DNA from: Candidatus Poribacteria bacterium
Lineage (GTDB): Bacteria; Poribacteria; WGA-4E; UBA9662
Assembly: GCA_046582655.1 (NCBI GenBank)
Contig: JAYGDX010000068.1
Coordinates: 32,001 to 96,000 of the forward strand
Reading direction: 5' to 3'
Length of the DNA stretch: 64,000 nucleotides
Shown: positions 1-9,759 of the stretch, piece by piece
How the letters are laid out: each line of letters opens with the position of its first letter
Position numbering within the stretch: position 1 is the first letter of the stretch
The notes under the pieces: model-generated
What the model was told of the DNA's origin: nothing
Database searches by the model: none
Seen by the model: the letters and a program-made list of their open reading frames with translations, nothing else
Program-made: the position numbers and the translations under genes

Positions 1-70
1 GAACTTTTTCTGAATAGGCCATATAATATATTAAGATTTATTAATATTATGCTCTAGATCGCAGTAATGC

Positions 71-1156
71 TCAATTTTGAGAGTACTGAAACTTATTCGA
101 CTCGAAAAGCGCTTTTTCATAGATAGCACGACTTGGTGCAAAACTTAGTCCGACGGCTTGATCATAATAAAATAGCGCGGTTGATATGCGTCCTTCTACT
201 TTATTCTTCTGTGCTTGTTTTAGATCTTCAACAAATGTATTTGACTCTGTCTCAAATTTCCGGAATTTCTTGCGAACTGCCGTGGTCAAACCGCCTTTTA
301 TGTCTTTGGCAATTTTATACTCGTGGAATGCTTTCAGATAGTTCACAAAAGTATCGTAGGCGATATCTGCGCCGAGATTAGTCACAGACGGTCTATCTGA
401 AATAGGCAGATCATTCAAAAGGGATTTGGTACTCTCCATAAGTTCCATGCTTTTATCTTTAATAGCCTTATCCAAGTTTTTTTCGAATTTCGCGATTAAA
501 CTTTTATAAATTTTGCTGGCTTCTTTATATTGTTCCAGTTTTTTATGACACCGTGCTTGGCTTAACTTGGCAAGTTCAATAACATGGTCACGAAGTGGCA
601 TATCAATATTAGGATCTGCTGAGTTTATAAAAGTTTCATAGACCTTAATAGCTTCGACATATTGCTCTTGCTGTTCATAGCAATTACCAATTGCCACCCT
701 AGCGTAAAGAACTAAAAGACTAATCTCAGATTTATCATTGGAAATCTCTTCAAACTTTGATTTTGCCATATCATACTCGCCACGATAGTATTTAATTTTG
801 GCGAAGTTATAACGTGCTTGATCAGCCGCCGTTCCTTTGTATGTTTGGAAAATTTTTTGAAATTCAGCTTCTACTATCTGAAGCTGATCGGTATTTGCAT
901 TATCAGAATCAAGCCAATCATTTTCGGCTTCGCTAAACTTTTCAAAGGCTTTTGTAAGTTTAACTGATGCATCTGCTTTTTTACTTTGCATCCGCTGTTG
1001 ACGCAATGTGAGCAAGACAATTCCTAAAATTATAATGGTAGCGATAATAGTAATATTTTTAGAGTGACGCTTGGCAAACGCACTGATATTCAGTACAAAT
1101 TCTATAAAAGAATCGCTTTCGACATCTATCGTATTAGTACGTTCTTTTTGCATCAT
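71..1156 (-). CDS. Membrane-anchored tetratricopeptide repeat protein (YfgM-like N-terminus)
   Basis: 361 aa; N-terminal TM helix (ITIIATIIILGIVLLTL) followed by TPR-like helices (ARYNFAKIKYYRGEYDMAK, ARVAIGNCYEQQEQYVEA). Confidence 0.75.
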   Translation of the reverse strand: MMQKERTNTIDVESDSFIEFVLNISAFAKRHSKNITIIATIIILGIVLLTLRQQRMQSKKADASVKLTKAFEKFSEAENDWLDSDNANTDQLQIVEAEFQKIFQTYKGTAADQARYNFAKIKYYRGEYDMAKSKFEEISNDKSEISLLVLYARVAIGNCYEQQEQYVEAIKVYETFINSADPNIDMPLRDHVIELAKLSQARCHKKLEQYKEASKIYKSLIAKFEKNLDKAIKDKSMELMESTKSLLNDLPISDRPSVTNLGADIAYDTFVNYLKAFHEYKIAKDIKGGLTTAVRKKFRKFETESNTFVEDLKQAQKNKVEGRISTALFYYDQAVGLSFAPSRAIYEKALFESNKFQYSQN

Positions 1157-1234
1157 TGTATGGTAATATCTCTTCTAAAGTGTAGTGACGTTATATTTGG
1201 GAACTACTATTGATTCTAATACGTGAAATAGGGA

Positions 1235-1306
1235 AGCGGGAAACGGGACTCGAACCCGCGGCCCTCAGCTTGGGAAGCTGATGCTCTACCACTGAGCTAT
1301 TCCCGC
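1235..1306 (-). tRNA. tRNA-Gly (anticodon CCC), CCA not encoded
   Basis: Reverse complement GCGGGAATAGCTCAGTGGTAGAGCATCAGCTTCCCAAGCTGAGGGCCGCGGGTTCGAGTCCCGTTTCCCGCT: acceptor stem, D arm, anticodon arm TCAGC-TT CCC AA-GCTGA, T loop GTTCGAG. Confidence 0.97.
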
Positions 1307-1322
1307 AAAAAATTTGTCGAGG

Positions 1323-1352
1323 ATTATACTGATTGACTGACTAAATTGTCAA
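1323..1352 (-). promoter_or_regulatory. Sigma70-type promoter for tRNA-Gly
   Basis: Minus strand TTGACA-N18-TATAAT with perfect consensus hexamers, 16 nt upstream of the tRNA. Confidence 0.85.
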
Positions 1353-1396
1353 GGTAATTATAAAAATGTTGCCTTCAATAAAATACCGTTTGGGAT

Positions 1397-2299
1397 CTAT
1401 TTCTCCAAATTCTGCTTGGACTTTTCGCTCAGTTGTGAAGTTCCGTTTTCTAAACTGCTATTTGTTTGTCTCTGCACAAGAAATAACAGGCCCATTCCGG
1501 CGATCAGCAAAGCCACAATCGATACCAAAAGTCCTCTTGATTTATCAGGGTTTTTAAGGATTCGAAATGCTGATATTATTGATATGGAAACTGACAATGT
1601 CAGAACAATTAAACATAGCAGTAAGTGAAGGTTGGCCTTAATTACTAAAAGTGCAACAAGCGAACATATGAAACCCATCAGAGCGGATTTGCTCAAATCG
1701 GCATGTTGTCCATCATCCTGTCCCTGTTGGGAGTGTGGAGACGGAACATCACGGTATGTAGATTCAACAAGCCGAATGAACTCCAGCATCATTTTATGGC
1801 TCTTAAGCCATTTGAAGAGTTCTGGATACTCATGTCTCAGCAGGATCGAAAACTCCTGACGCTGTGCGCTAAAGTCCGTAAATTCTTCCCACTGGTCTTC
1901 ATCAACTGTGTAATAAGGTTCTAATCCAACTTGAAGTTCGCAACCGCGACCAACATGGAGGATAATTTTACCGATTCCTTCTCGATCAGCAATTGTTATG
2001 GACGAGATATCTGTCGGTGCGACTTGTGGTATTTCTGATTCTTCTATCGCTGTCTCTTGGTCAGAGTCCACTTCGTTTTCCAAGTAACTATCTGCAATGA
2101 CCAAATCGATGTGACTAACAATTTCTCGCGCATTGGCTTCGTCTTCGAAACCGACGAATAAAGCAATTTCACGATCGCCAATGTCATTCTGTCGTTGCTT
2201 TGTTAAGGCTTGAATCCCCTCTCGACTCAATTGTGTTTGAATCAACTGAGCATTCCATTGATCAAGTGTAGAATAAATTTCGATCAGATTTTTTTGCAT
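1397..2299 (-). CDS. Membrane protein with N-terminal DUF2007-like (putative signal-transducing) domain and C-terminal TM helices
   Basis: N-terminus IYSTLDQWNAQLIQTQLSREGI...LFVGFEDEANAREI fits the DUF2007 pattern; three C-terminal hydrophobic helices. Confidence 0.6.
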   Translation of the reverse strand: MQKNLIEIYSTLDQWNAQLIQTQLSREGIQALTKQRQNDIGDREIALFVGFEDEANAREIVSHIDLVIADSYLENEVDSDQETAIEESEIPQVAPTDISSITIADREGIGKIILHVGRGCELQVGLEPYYTVDEDQWEEFTDFSAQRQEFSILLRHEYPELFKWLKSHKMMLEFIRLVESTYRDVPSPHSQQGQDDGQHADLSKSALMGFICSLVALLVIKANLHLLLCLIVLTLSVSISIISAFRILKNPDKSRGLLVSIVALLIAGMGLLFLVQRQTNSSLENGTSQLSEKSKQNLEK

Positions 2300-2329
2300 G
2301 GGTGTGTTACAGTATTAATACTTTTCCTC

Positions 2330-3030
2330 AGATCTCAGCATTCTGCCACTTGATTCACCGCAGGTATTGATCAACTTCAGCCTTAACATGTTCGACGCCC
2401 CAACAACATAGTTGATCGATCATCTCAGCGATCCTCTCCACTTGCAGAAACCTCCTGATCATTGATCATTCTAACCTGCACTCGACGACAAAGGAAATCT
2501 TCAAGATAAATTACCATTTCATTCCGGTAGGTTATCAGTTTACGGCCATACACGAGTACAACTCCACTTTCGGATTCGATGATTTTATGCTCTCTTGAGA
2601 CAAAACCACGATTACTTTAGGTGGCAAGCTGTCGAATGCCAGCATAAGTTATGATAGTAAGTGATTATAGTAATAATCTGCTATATCAACCAAAAAACGG
2701 ATTATGGATCACCTTATATAATTGAGTATAACCACAGGAAGTGGTTTAACAAGTCCCGGCACAATTCGAAGTGGAACTTCACGCTCACTGTATGCTTCAC
2801 TGACAAGCGCAAGATCATGATTTAACAGATAGCGAAAACCGCCATGAATCAATTTAGACGGTGTGCTACTTGTGCCGCTAGCAAAGTCTCCTTGATCAAT
2901 CAGTCCAACCTTTACACCACCATTCATAGCCAGGTCTCGACTTAAGCCACAACCGATAAATCCACCTCCAATTACCAATATATCGAGTTTTTCAATTTTA
3001 AGTATTTCAACATTCTTTAAATCTGGTTCT
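2330..3030 (-). pseudogene. glpD: Degraded FAD-dependent glycerol-3-phosphate dehydrogenase
   Basis: N-terminal LDILVIGGGFIGCG...DFASGTSSTPSKLIHGGFRYL and C-terminal EMVIYLEDFLCRR fragments within about 0.7 kb, with stops and frameshifts; most of the middle is missing. Confidence 0.8.
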
Positions 3031-3491
3031 AAACGAAAACTCAGTTAACGTGGTGTTTTCTACACCAATCCGTAATCAGGGACAGAAAATTTTCGGAGTA
3101 CTTTAGCATATTTCTACGAATTATTTTGACATTATATACTGCAAAAATCAACTTTATCTATAATCCTGAATGAGCGAAAGTATGGTCGTAATTTCTTATT
3201 TGATAAAGTAACTTAAAATACTAAATACTTTACATTTATCAAAAGTCCCATTTTGATCAGTTTTCACAGCTGATATGATCTTTAGATCTCTCTTAGCAAA
3301 ATTCGGAAATAACGCACATTTGGCTTTTTTGATCATCTATATTAAAAAGCCTTTCTAGTTGTCGCTTGATGGTACATTGAACTTCTGATATAATTCTAGA
3401 TCCAGCTTTTACCTAAATGTTCTCTAGTTTTACCTAATGTTCTTTATATAAGACCATATAATAAATTAAAGCATCTAGGACCACCGAAGAA

Positions 3492-6400
3492 TTGATCCGA
3501 CAAAGAAGTTCCCTAGTTTTTGTTCTGTTACTCTTTGCTTCAGTTACACAAGCAATCACTATTTCTGTCCCAAAAGATCAACCTACTATACAAAATGCCA
3601 TCTATGCGGCTTCAGACGGAGACGAAGTGATCGTATCGACCGGGATTTATAAAGAGACAATCACGCTTAGCGGTAAAAATATTATTCTCCGATCAATTAA
3701 CCCAACCGATAAAGAAATAATAAGGGCAACAATTATTGATGGAAATGGCAAGGGTTCTGTCATTACCTTAACTGGGATTGAAGACGAAACATGTGTACTA
3801 TCGGGATTCACAATTACGAACGGTAACTCGATAAATGGTGGAGGAATTAATGGAAACGGTTCTAGCGCGATAATTGAACATTGTTTAATCATTGCAAATT
3901 CATCAATCAGTTTGTTGGCTAATGCTAATGGTGGAGGAATCTATGGTAGCAATGGTATTATTCAATACAACACAATCCGAGGAAACTCGGTAGAGGCCCT
4001 TTCTGGTTCACGTGTGACGGCTAATGGGGGAGCAATCTCCGATTGCAATGGTATTATTCGTAATAATATCATTACAAATAATTTTGCATACGCGCCCTCT
4101 GCAGGTGCTAATGGCGGAGGACTGGCTTATTGTGACGGCATCATTGAAAACAATATTATCGCTAATAATGCTGTATCAGCTTTCTGGGACACTTTCGGTG
4201 GAGGACTGGCTTATTGTGACGGTTATATTATTAATAATACAATCGTTTACAATGAACTTCGATCGAGAACAGGTTTACCTAACTACCAACAAGGGAGCGG
4301 GCTTTACCATTGCAAAGGCACAGTTAAAAACAGCATCATCTGGGACAATCTTAATGGGCTCCCAATTGTGGCAACAAGTACGCCATCTTATTCATGTGTC
4401 GAAGAAGGCGTAATTGGCATTGGCTTAGTCAGTGAGAACCCACAATTTATTGCGCCGCAAAGCTGGGATTTCCGACTCGATGCAGGTTCTCCCTGCATTG
4501 ACGCTGGTGATAACAGAGATGCGCCTCGGACAGATCTTATCGGTACTGAGCGAATTTTGAAAGTTGATATCGGTGCATATGAATGGACGAACCTACCTCT
4601 TGTGCTATGGAGTTCAAGTCAAGTTGACAAACAAACCACACAATTAAAGGGGAAAATTAATTCAAACGGTGCTGTCACTGAATACTATTTCGAATACGGC
4701 AAAACAAACGGTTATGGACTGTCAACAAATGTTAAACAATTAACTGGTGAATTTGCGAATTTGAGCGTGAGTGAAGTAATCACCGATCTAGAACCAAATC
4801 AAACTTATCATTTCCGTTTAAATGCCCAAAATAATGCTGGACTTGTCCATGGAATTAACCAAACGTTTACCTCCAACGTTCCAGTTATTTATGTTCCTGG
4901 AGATCAACCGACAATTCAGGATGCTGTTGATTTTTCCAAAGCCGGTGACACAATTATAATTGCTGACGGAATCTATATAGGATCTCGAAATCAGAATATA
5001 AACTTTCAAGGTAAACCAATTACAGTTAGGTCAGAAAATGGTGCCAATCGTTGTGTGATCAACTGTGAAGGGCTAGGACAAGGTTTCATATTTCATAATA
5101 GCGAAACCACTGAATCAATTATCGCTGGTCTCACAATCACCAATGGACGTGGCAGCGGTGGCGCAATATCGTGCATTGGTGCCTCCCCTACCATTAGAAA
5201 TTGTAGAATCACGAATAATACTGCTACAGGTACTAATGATGGTTACGGCGGCGGGATTTACTGTCGTGATGCGAATCCGGTTATTTCTAATTGTGAGATC
5301 CTCGATAATGATTATGGTGGTGGAATCTATTGTATTCGGTCATCACCAAAAATCTCAGACTGTAAATTCTTGGCCAACAATACCAGCATGAATGGTGGTG
5401 GAATTCGTTGTGATTTCTCTTCACCTGTTATTACAAATAGCATCTTTACTAGTAACACTGCTGAAGGTAACGGTGGAGCCATCTATTGTCAATCCTCTTC
5501 ACCAACGATCACCAACTCAGTTTTTACGCAGAATTCTGCTAGGTATGGAGGAGCAATCGCAGGGCTTATTTATTCAATGCCTTCTATTGTCAACTGCACG
5601 ATCACCGCGAATACTGCAACAGCCATAGGCGGTGCGGTTCATGTTAAAGCTACGTCCTACCCACAAATTATCAACACACTGATTTGGAATAATACACCCG
5701 ATGAAATTCATTTTGAAGGAAATCCTCTTCCCATCTCTTACTCAAATATTAAAGGGGGTTATAAAGGACCTGGCAATATCAACACAAATCCAATTTTTGT
5801 TGATCAGGAATTGAGTGATTATCGACTTGTAACATTAAGTAAATGTATTGGTTCAGCCAGTTTTACTTTCGCCCCACCAACCGACTTACTAGGTGACCTG
5901 AGACAGGATCCACCAACAATAGGCGCCTATGAAGTTGGTGTTAACGCACCGGACCAATACAAAATTCGGGTAGAATCAGACGTAGGAGGCCTGATTCTAC
6001 CAAGTGGAGAAGTGCCTGTAAATCGTAAAATGGACCAATTATTCACCATAAAACCGAATGATGGATATTATCTCGCAGATGTTGAGGTCGATGGAGGTTC
6101 TGTCGGCACAATCACCGAGTACACTTTCAATAAAGTGCGGTCAAATCATACTATTTTTGCCAAATTTATTAGTTTGCCACAATCGCTATCAATTAAAAGC
6201 GAAAAATCGCTCTATAAAGGCAACACAGCCGAAATCTACATCGACTTACTGGATATCAATGGCGATAAGACTAGCGCTGTAGATTCGATCGTCATTGAAT
6301 TGAAGTCAACGAGTGAGAACGCAACTTTCAGCGTAGACATCAACAATACTATTCCAATTAATGAAATCATAATCCCAGAAGGGGAAGATTCTGCTAACTT

Positions 6401-8297
6401 CTTTTACACAGATTTAGTTATTGGCACATCAAGCGTCACCGTAACAGCAAAAGACCTGAGATCTGTCGCACATGAGCTTGAGATAAAAGGAGCTATTGAC
6501 GGCATTTTTGTCGCGGGAAGTCCAGTAACATTTCATCAAAAAGCAACTATTATAGCACAAGGAAGGCCGGATCAAAGGGCGGCATTTTCCATTGCCAACT
6601 TAGTTGCCGACCAAATCATGGTTGAATCTACCGATACAAAAGGGAAGTATCTGGCACAGTTTACACCAGTCGCTGATAAGCATCTGAAAGGAAACTATGA
6701 TGTAATTGTTAAGATCGGCAAAAGTAAAAAAACGCTAACAGATGGGATTGTTATTGAGACAACGCCGATTATAAAAACCTCAACAATCAATCGTAATCAA
6801 CTTCGGAATGGCCAATTATTAATGATACAGGTGGAAGGAAATCGATCAGGGCTTTTAGTAATCGCCGATATTTCTGAATTGGATTCGACTGCGGGAAGTC
6901 CCATAAAGCTTTCTGAGAACCGGTCACTGGAAAGGACATATTCTGCAACCTTTCGCGTTCATGATGAAAATGAACATGATGATGGAGTAAAAACTATAAA
7001 GATCTCCGCACAAGATCCACAGGGAAACAAAACAGGTGAGCTTGCCCAAAAGGTTGTATTACGAAATGTTATCGAGTTTGAATTAAACATTCCAAAGAAT
7101 ATTGGTTTAATCCACGTTCCAATACAAATCAGCCAAGTGAACGGTCAGCCGGCAATGGTTAAAACTATCGGTGATTTATACAATATCCTCGGCGGATTCA
7201 AAAACGTTAATTTCTTGATTGCCTACGATCACAACGCACTGGTCTGGAGAAGTTTTCTTGGAGATCGAAGCTATGGAAAACTGGCCAATCAGCTTATTTC
7301 AGAGACTACAGGAATTATCAGCGTTATGCGAAAACCTGTGAGCCTGAAACTTGTCGGTAGAGCTCTTGGAAAACGTGGGGGAAGTCGGATCAAACTGTAC
7401 AAAGGATTAAATTTAATTGGTCTTCCTCTTGATGATAATCGTTTTAAGTATCTGAGCGGTTTTCTCAAAGTTAATGGAATCGGAAAAATTGTCAAAAGTA
7501 TTGTAGCCTCGGAAAATGGTACCTTCAGGACAATTGCTCGATCTAATACAAACGATGAACTAGTCATTGTACATGATATACCCATAGAACCTGGCAAGGC
7601 GGTTGCGTTTATCTGCTCGGAAGAAGGAGCAATCGATATTACTGGAGAAGCTTGGGATCAGTTAGAGAAAGGCCAACAAATTCCTGCTTCGCCAACCACC
7701 ATAATAGAACCGAATTTTAGTGATACACCAATCTTGATTGTGCACGGCCTTCTGCCCTATGAAAGCGGCATGACGCAATTGACTGTCAAGAATTTATCAA
7801 AAAACTATGCACTTAAACCTATGATTATCAACAATTATTATCAGGCTTCTTTCATCAACCTGGATTCAGAAAATGTGGTTGAAATCGGTGATATTATTGA
7901 AATTAGCGCATCGAAAATCCATGGAAACATGATGATTGATACCGCCCAACACGTTATAATGCTTCAGGATATCCAAAATAAGCAAATTCGTGCTGATTTA
8001 GCAGTAGTTGCAGTTCCGAAGGTATCAAGTCTGAGCCAGAACTTTCCTAACCCGTTCAACCCAGAGACTTGGATTCATTATCAACTTCCAGAACCATCAG
8101 ATGTTAAGATTTTGATTTATGATGTATCAGGTATGCTGGTTCGACAGATTGCAGTTGGTTTAAAATCCCTTGGAACTCACGTAATATATTGGGATGGCCG
8201 ATCAACCACGGGTGAGCAGATGGCAAGTGGCGTTTACTACTATCATCTTGATGCAGGAAAATTTCAATTCACGCGAAAGATGACTCTTCTCAAATGA
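3492..8297 (+). CDS. Large secreted protein: two parallel beta-helix blocks, FN3-like and InlB-B-like repeats, C-terminal FlgD-Ig/T9SS-like sorting domain
   Basis: Signal peptide; two VPxDQPTIQxA starts with GGGI/GGAI repeats; DFRLDAGSPCIDAG; C-terminus SQNFPNPFNPETWIHYQL...IYWDGRSTTGEQMASGVYYY...RKMTLLK. Confidence 0.85.
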   Translation: MIRQRSSLVFVLLLFASVTQAITISVPKDQPTIQNAIYAASDGDEVIVSTGIYKETITLSGKNIILRSINPTDKEIIRATIIDGNGKGSVITLTGIEDETCVLSGFTITNGNSINGGGINGNGSSAIIEHCLIIANSSISLLANANGGGIYGSNGIIQYNTIRGNSVEALSGSRVTANGGAISDCNGIIRNNIITNNFAYAPSAGANGGGLAYCDGIIENNIIANNAVSAFWDTFGGGLAYCDGYIINNTIVYNELRSRTGLPNYQQGSGLYHCKGTVKNSIIWDNLNGLPIVATSTPSYSCVEEGVIGIGLVSENPQFIAPQSWDFRLDAGSPCIDAGDNRDAPRTDLIGTERILKVDIGAYEWTNLPLVLWSSSQVDKQTTQLKGKINSNGAVTEYYFEYGKTNGYGLSTNVKQLTGEFANLSVSEVITDLEPNQTYHFRLNAQNNAGLVHGINQTFTSNVPVIYVPGDQPTIQDAVDFSKAGDTIIIADGIYIGSRNQNINFQGKPITVRSENGANRCVINCEGLGQGFIFHNSETTESIIAGLTITNGRGSGGAISCIGASPTIRNCRITNNTATGTNDGYGGGIYCRDANPVISNCEILDNDYGGGIYCIRSSPKISDCKFLANNTSMNGGGIRCDFSSPVITNSIFTSNTAEGNGGAIYCQSSSPTITNSVFTQNSARYGGAIAGLIYSMPSIVNCTITANTATAIGGAVHVKATSYPQIINTLIWNNTPDEIHFEGNPLPISYSNIKGGYKGPGNINTNPIFVDQELSDYRLVTLSKCIGSASFTFAPPTDLLGDLRQDPPTIGAYEVGVNAPDQYKIRVESDVGGLILPSGEVPVNRKMDQLFTIKPNDGYYLADVEVDGGSVGTITEYTFNKVRSNHTIFAKFISLPQSLSIKSEKSLYKGNTAEIYIDLLDINGDKTSAVDSIVIELKSTSENATFSVDINNTIPINEIIIPEGEDSANFFYTDLVIGTSSVTVTAKDLRSVAHELEIKGAIDGIFVAGSPVTFHQKATIIAQGRPDQRAAFSIANLVADQIMVESTDTKGKYLAQFTPVADKHLKGNYDVIVKIGKSKKTLTDGIVIETTPIIKTSTINRNQLRNGQLLMIQVEGNRSGLLVIADISELDSTAGSPIKLSENRSLERTYSATFRVHDENEHDDGVKTIKISAQDPQGNKTGELAQKVVLRNVIEFELNIPKNIGLIHVPIQISQVNGQPAMVKTIGDLYNILGGFKNVNFLIAYDHNALVWRSFLGDRSYGKLANQLISETTGIISVMRKPVSLKLVGRALGKRGGSRIKLYKGLNLIGLPLDDNRFKYLSGFLKVNGIGKIVKSIVASENGTFRTIARSNTNDELVIVHDIPIEPGKAVAFICSEEGAIDITGEAWDQLEKGQQIPASPTTIIEPNFSDTPILIVHGLLPYESGMTQLTVKNLSKNYALKPMIINNYYQASFINLDSENVVEIGDIIEISASKIHGNMMIDTAQHVIMLQDIQNKQIRADLAVVAVPKVSSLSQNFPNPFNPETWIHYQLPEPSDVKILIYDVSGMLVRQIAVGLKSLGTHVIYWDGRSTTGEQMASGVYYYHLDAGKFQFTRKMTLLK

Positions 8298-8357
8298 AAG
8301 AATCTGTTATAATATATTTAACATCTTGATGCGGGGATGTAGGATTCAGAAGATAAA

Positions 8358-8960
8358 ATGCAAATTGTTCATCTCTTATCAGTTCTTGCCTTATTGCTAT
8401 TTTTGATTGGATGTGGTCCGGACTTCGATGATGTGATTGATGTCAACCAGTTAGTCAGTTCGGGATGGGCTAAATACGAAGCAGGTGAATTTGATGAAGC
8501 TCTTAATCTGTTTAACCAAGCAATATTAGCAGACAACCAAAATTCGGAGGCTCAGATTGGAATTGGTTGGAGTTTCTTCGGTAAACAAAAAGCACAAAGT
8601 GCAATCAATGAGTTTGAAAAGGCATTAATACTGAAATCGGATGCTACCGATGCATATGTAGGGCTTTCTGGTGCGTACCTTGCAGTTGAGAACTACAAAT
8701 CTGCCATTGAAAATGCTCAAGAGGCGCTCAACCAACAACCAGATTATATTTTTGAACATAACCCATTGATTACTAAAAGAAACTTACATCTCGTTATTGC
8801 TAAAGGCTATTACTTTCTTGGAAGTCTTGAGAAATCTCTGGATTCTATCCATATTATTGATGAATCAATAGAGATAGAAAAATCCGATCTTGAATCCGAA
8901 TTGCCAAAAGTTTTAGAAAAATTGACTCGAAGTTTGGCACAGAACATGTATGGCGAATAA
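8358..8960 (+). CDS. TPR lipoprotein
   Basis: Lipobox LIGC; TPR motifs (GEFDEALNLFNQAI, AYVGLSGAYLAVENYKSA). Confidence 0.8.
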   Translation: MQIVHLLSVLALLLFLIGCGPDFDDVIDVNQLVSSGWAKYEAGEFDEALNLFNQAILADNQNSEAQIGIGWSFFGKQKAQSAINEFEKALILKSDATDAYVGLSGAYLAVENYKSAIENAQEALNQQPDYIFEHNPLITKRNLHLVIAKGYYFLGSLEKSLDSIHIIDESIEIEKSDLESELPKVLEKLTRSLAQNMYGE

Positions 8961-8963
8961 GAG

Positions 8964-9734
8964 ATGGCAGGAAGAATTGGTCTGTTTTCTTGCATAATTC
9001 ATGTTGCACTAATTATGGTATTCTATCTTACCTCCACATACGGAGAAGAAAGATCCACCCCATGCAACTATGTCATCAAAATAGATAAAAAGAAAATTTA
9101 CTTTGATCTGGGATATAACCATGGAGTTCGGAAAGGAATGGTTTATCAGGTTCTTCGAAGAGGCGATAATGCTGAACGGGTCCAAATCGCAAAAATTTTC
9201 GTAACTGAGACTTTCGATGGAGTATCCAAAGCGGTATTAAACGAAAATTCCACCGACTTCGTCATCGAAGTTGGTGATTGGGTTGAAATTATTTTAGAAT
9301 CTGCAGTTGGAGCAATACGGCCTATGGAAGAGATACAGAAAGATGAAAACAAGGAAATTAAGTCGAAACCATCGGTAATTCCAGCCGTACATGAAACTAA
9401 AGAGGAAACGGGATCACAATTCAATTGGATGAAATGGACAACACTAACCACTGGAGTTGTAACGGGACTGGCATCAGCTTCCTACTATAATTCAATCAAT
9501 TCGACTAACCGTGAAATTGAACAGGCTGAAAAAAACCAAGAATACGTTATAAAAGTTAGACAACTTGCTAATAAAGGGAAGAAAGCTCAAACAAGATACT
9601 ATATTTTTACCGGAATTTCGGCAACTTTACTCAGCTATGCCAGCTATAAGTTTTTACTGGATAGCCGAACTAATTCTACAACCTTCAATATTTCACGGAA
9701 ACATATGGAATTTAGATTTCATCGAAACTTTTGA
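8964..9734 (+). CDS. Hypothetical exported protein (small beta domain plus C-terminal hydrophobic helices)
   Basis: 256 aa, operonic spacing; IYFDLGYNHGVRKGMVYQV resembles FlgT C-terminal-like domains. Confidence 0.6.
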   Translation: MAGRIGLFSCIIHVALIMVFYLTSTYGEERSTPCNYVIKIDKKKIYFDLGYNHGVRKGMVYQVLRRGDNAERVQIAKIFVTETFDGVSKAVLNENSTDFVIEVGDWVEIILESAVGAIRPMEEIQKDENKEIKSKPSVIPAVHETKEETGSQFNWMKWTTLTTGVVTGLASASYYNSINSTNREIEQAEKNQEYVIKVRQLANKGKKAQTRYYIFTGISATLLSYASYKFLLDSRTNSTTFNISRKHMEFRFHRNF

Positions 9735-9759
9735 GATATATGAAGGAGAAAAACAGAAG

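Noticed and set aside
1235..1306. tRNA-Gly as an island integration site
   Set aside because: No integrase nearby, and I found no duplicate of the tRNA 3' end in the window.
9565..9759. N-terminal extension of DnaJ given by the ORF track
   Set aside because: It overlaps the upstream gene; an RBS and TTG at 9760 immediately precede the J domain. The extensions at 19378, 21811, 26014, 27896, 38608, 45326 and 53490 were dropped on similar grounds (overlap, RBS or family N-terminus).
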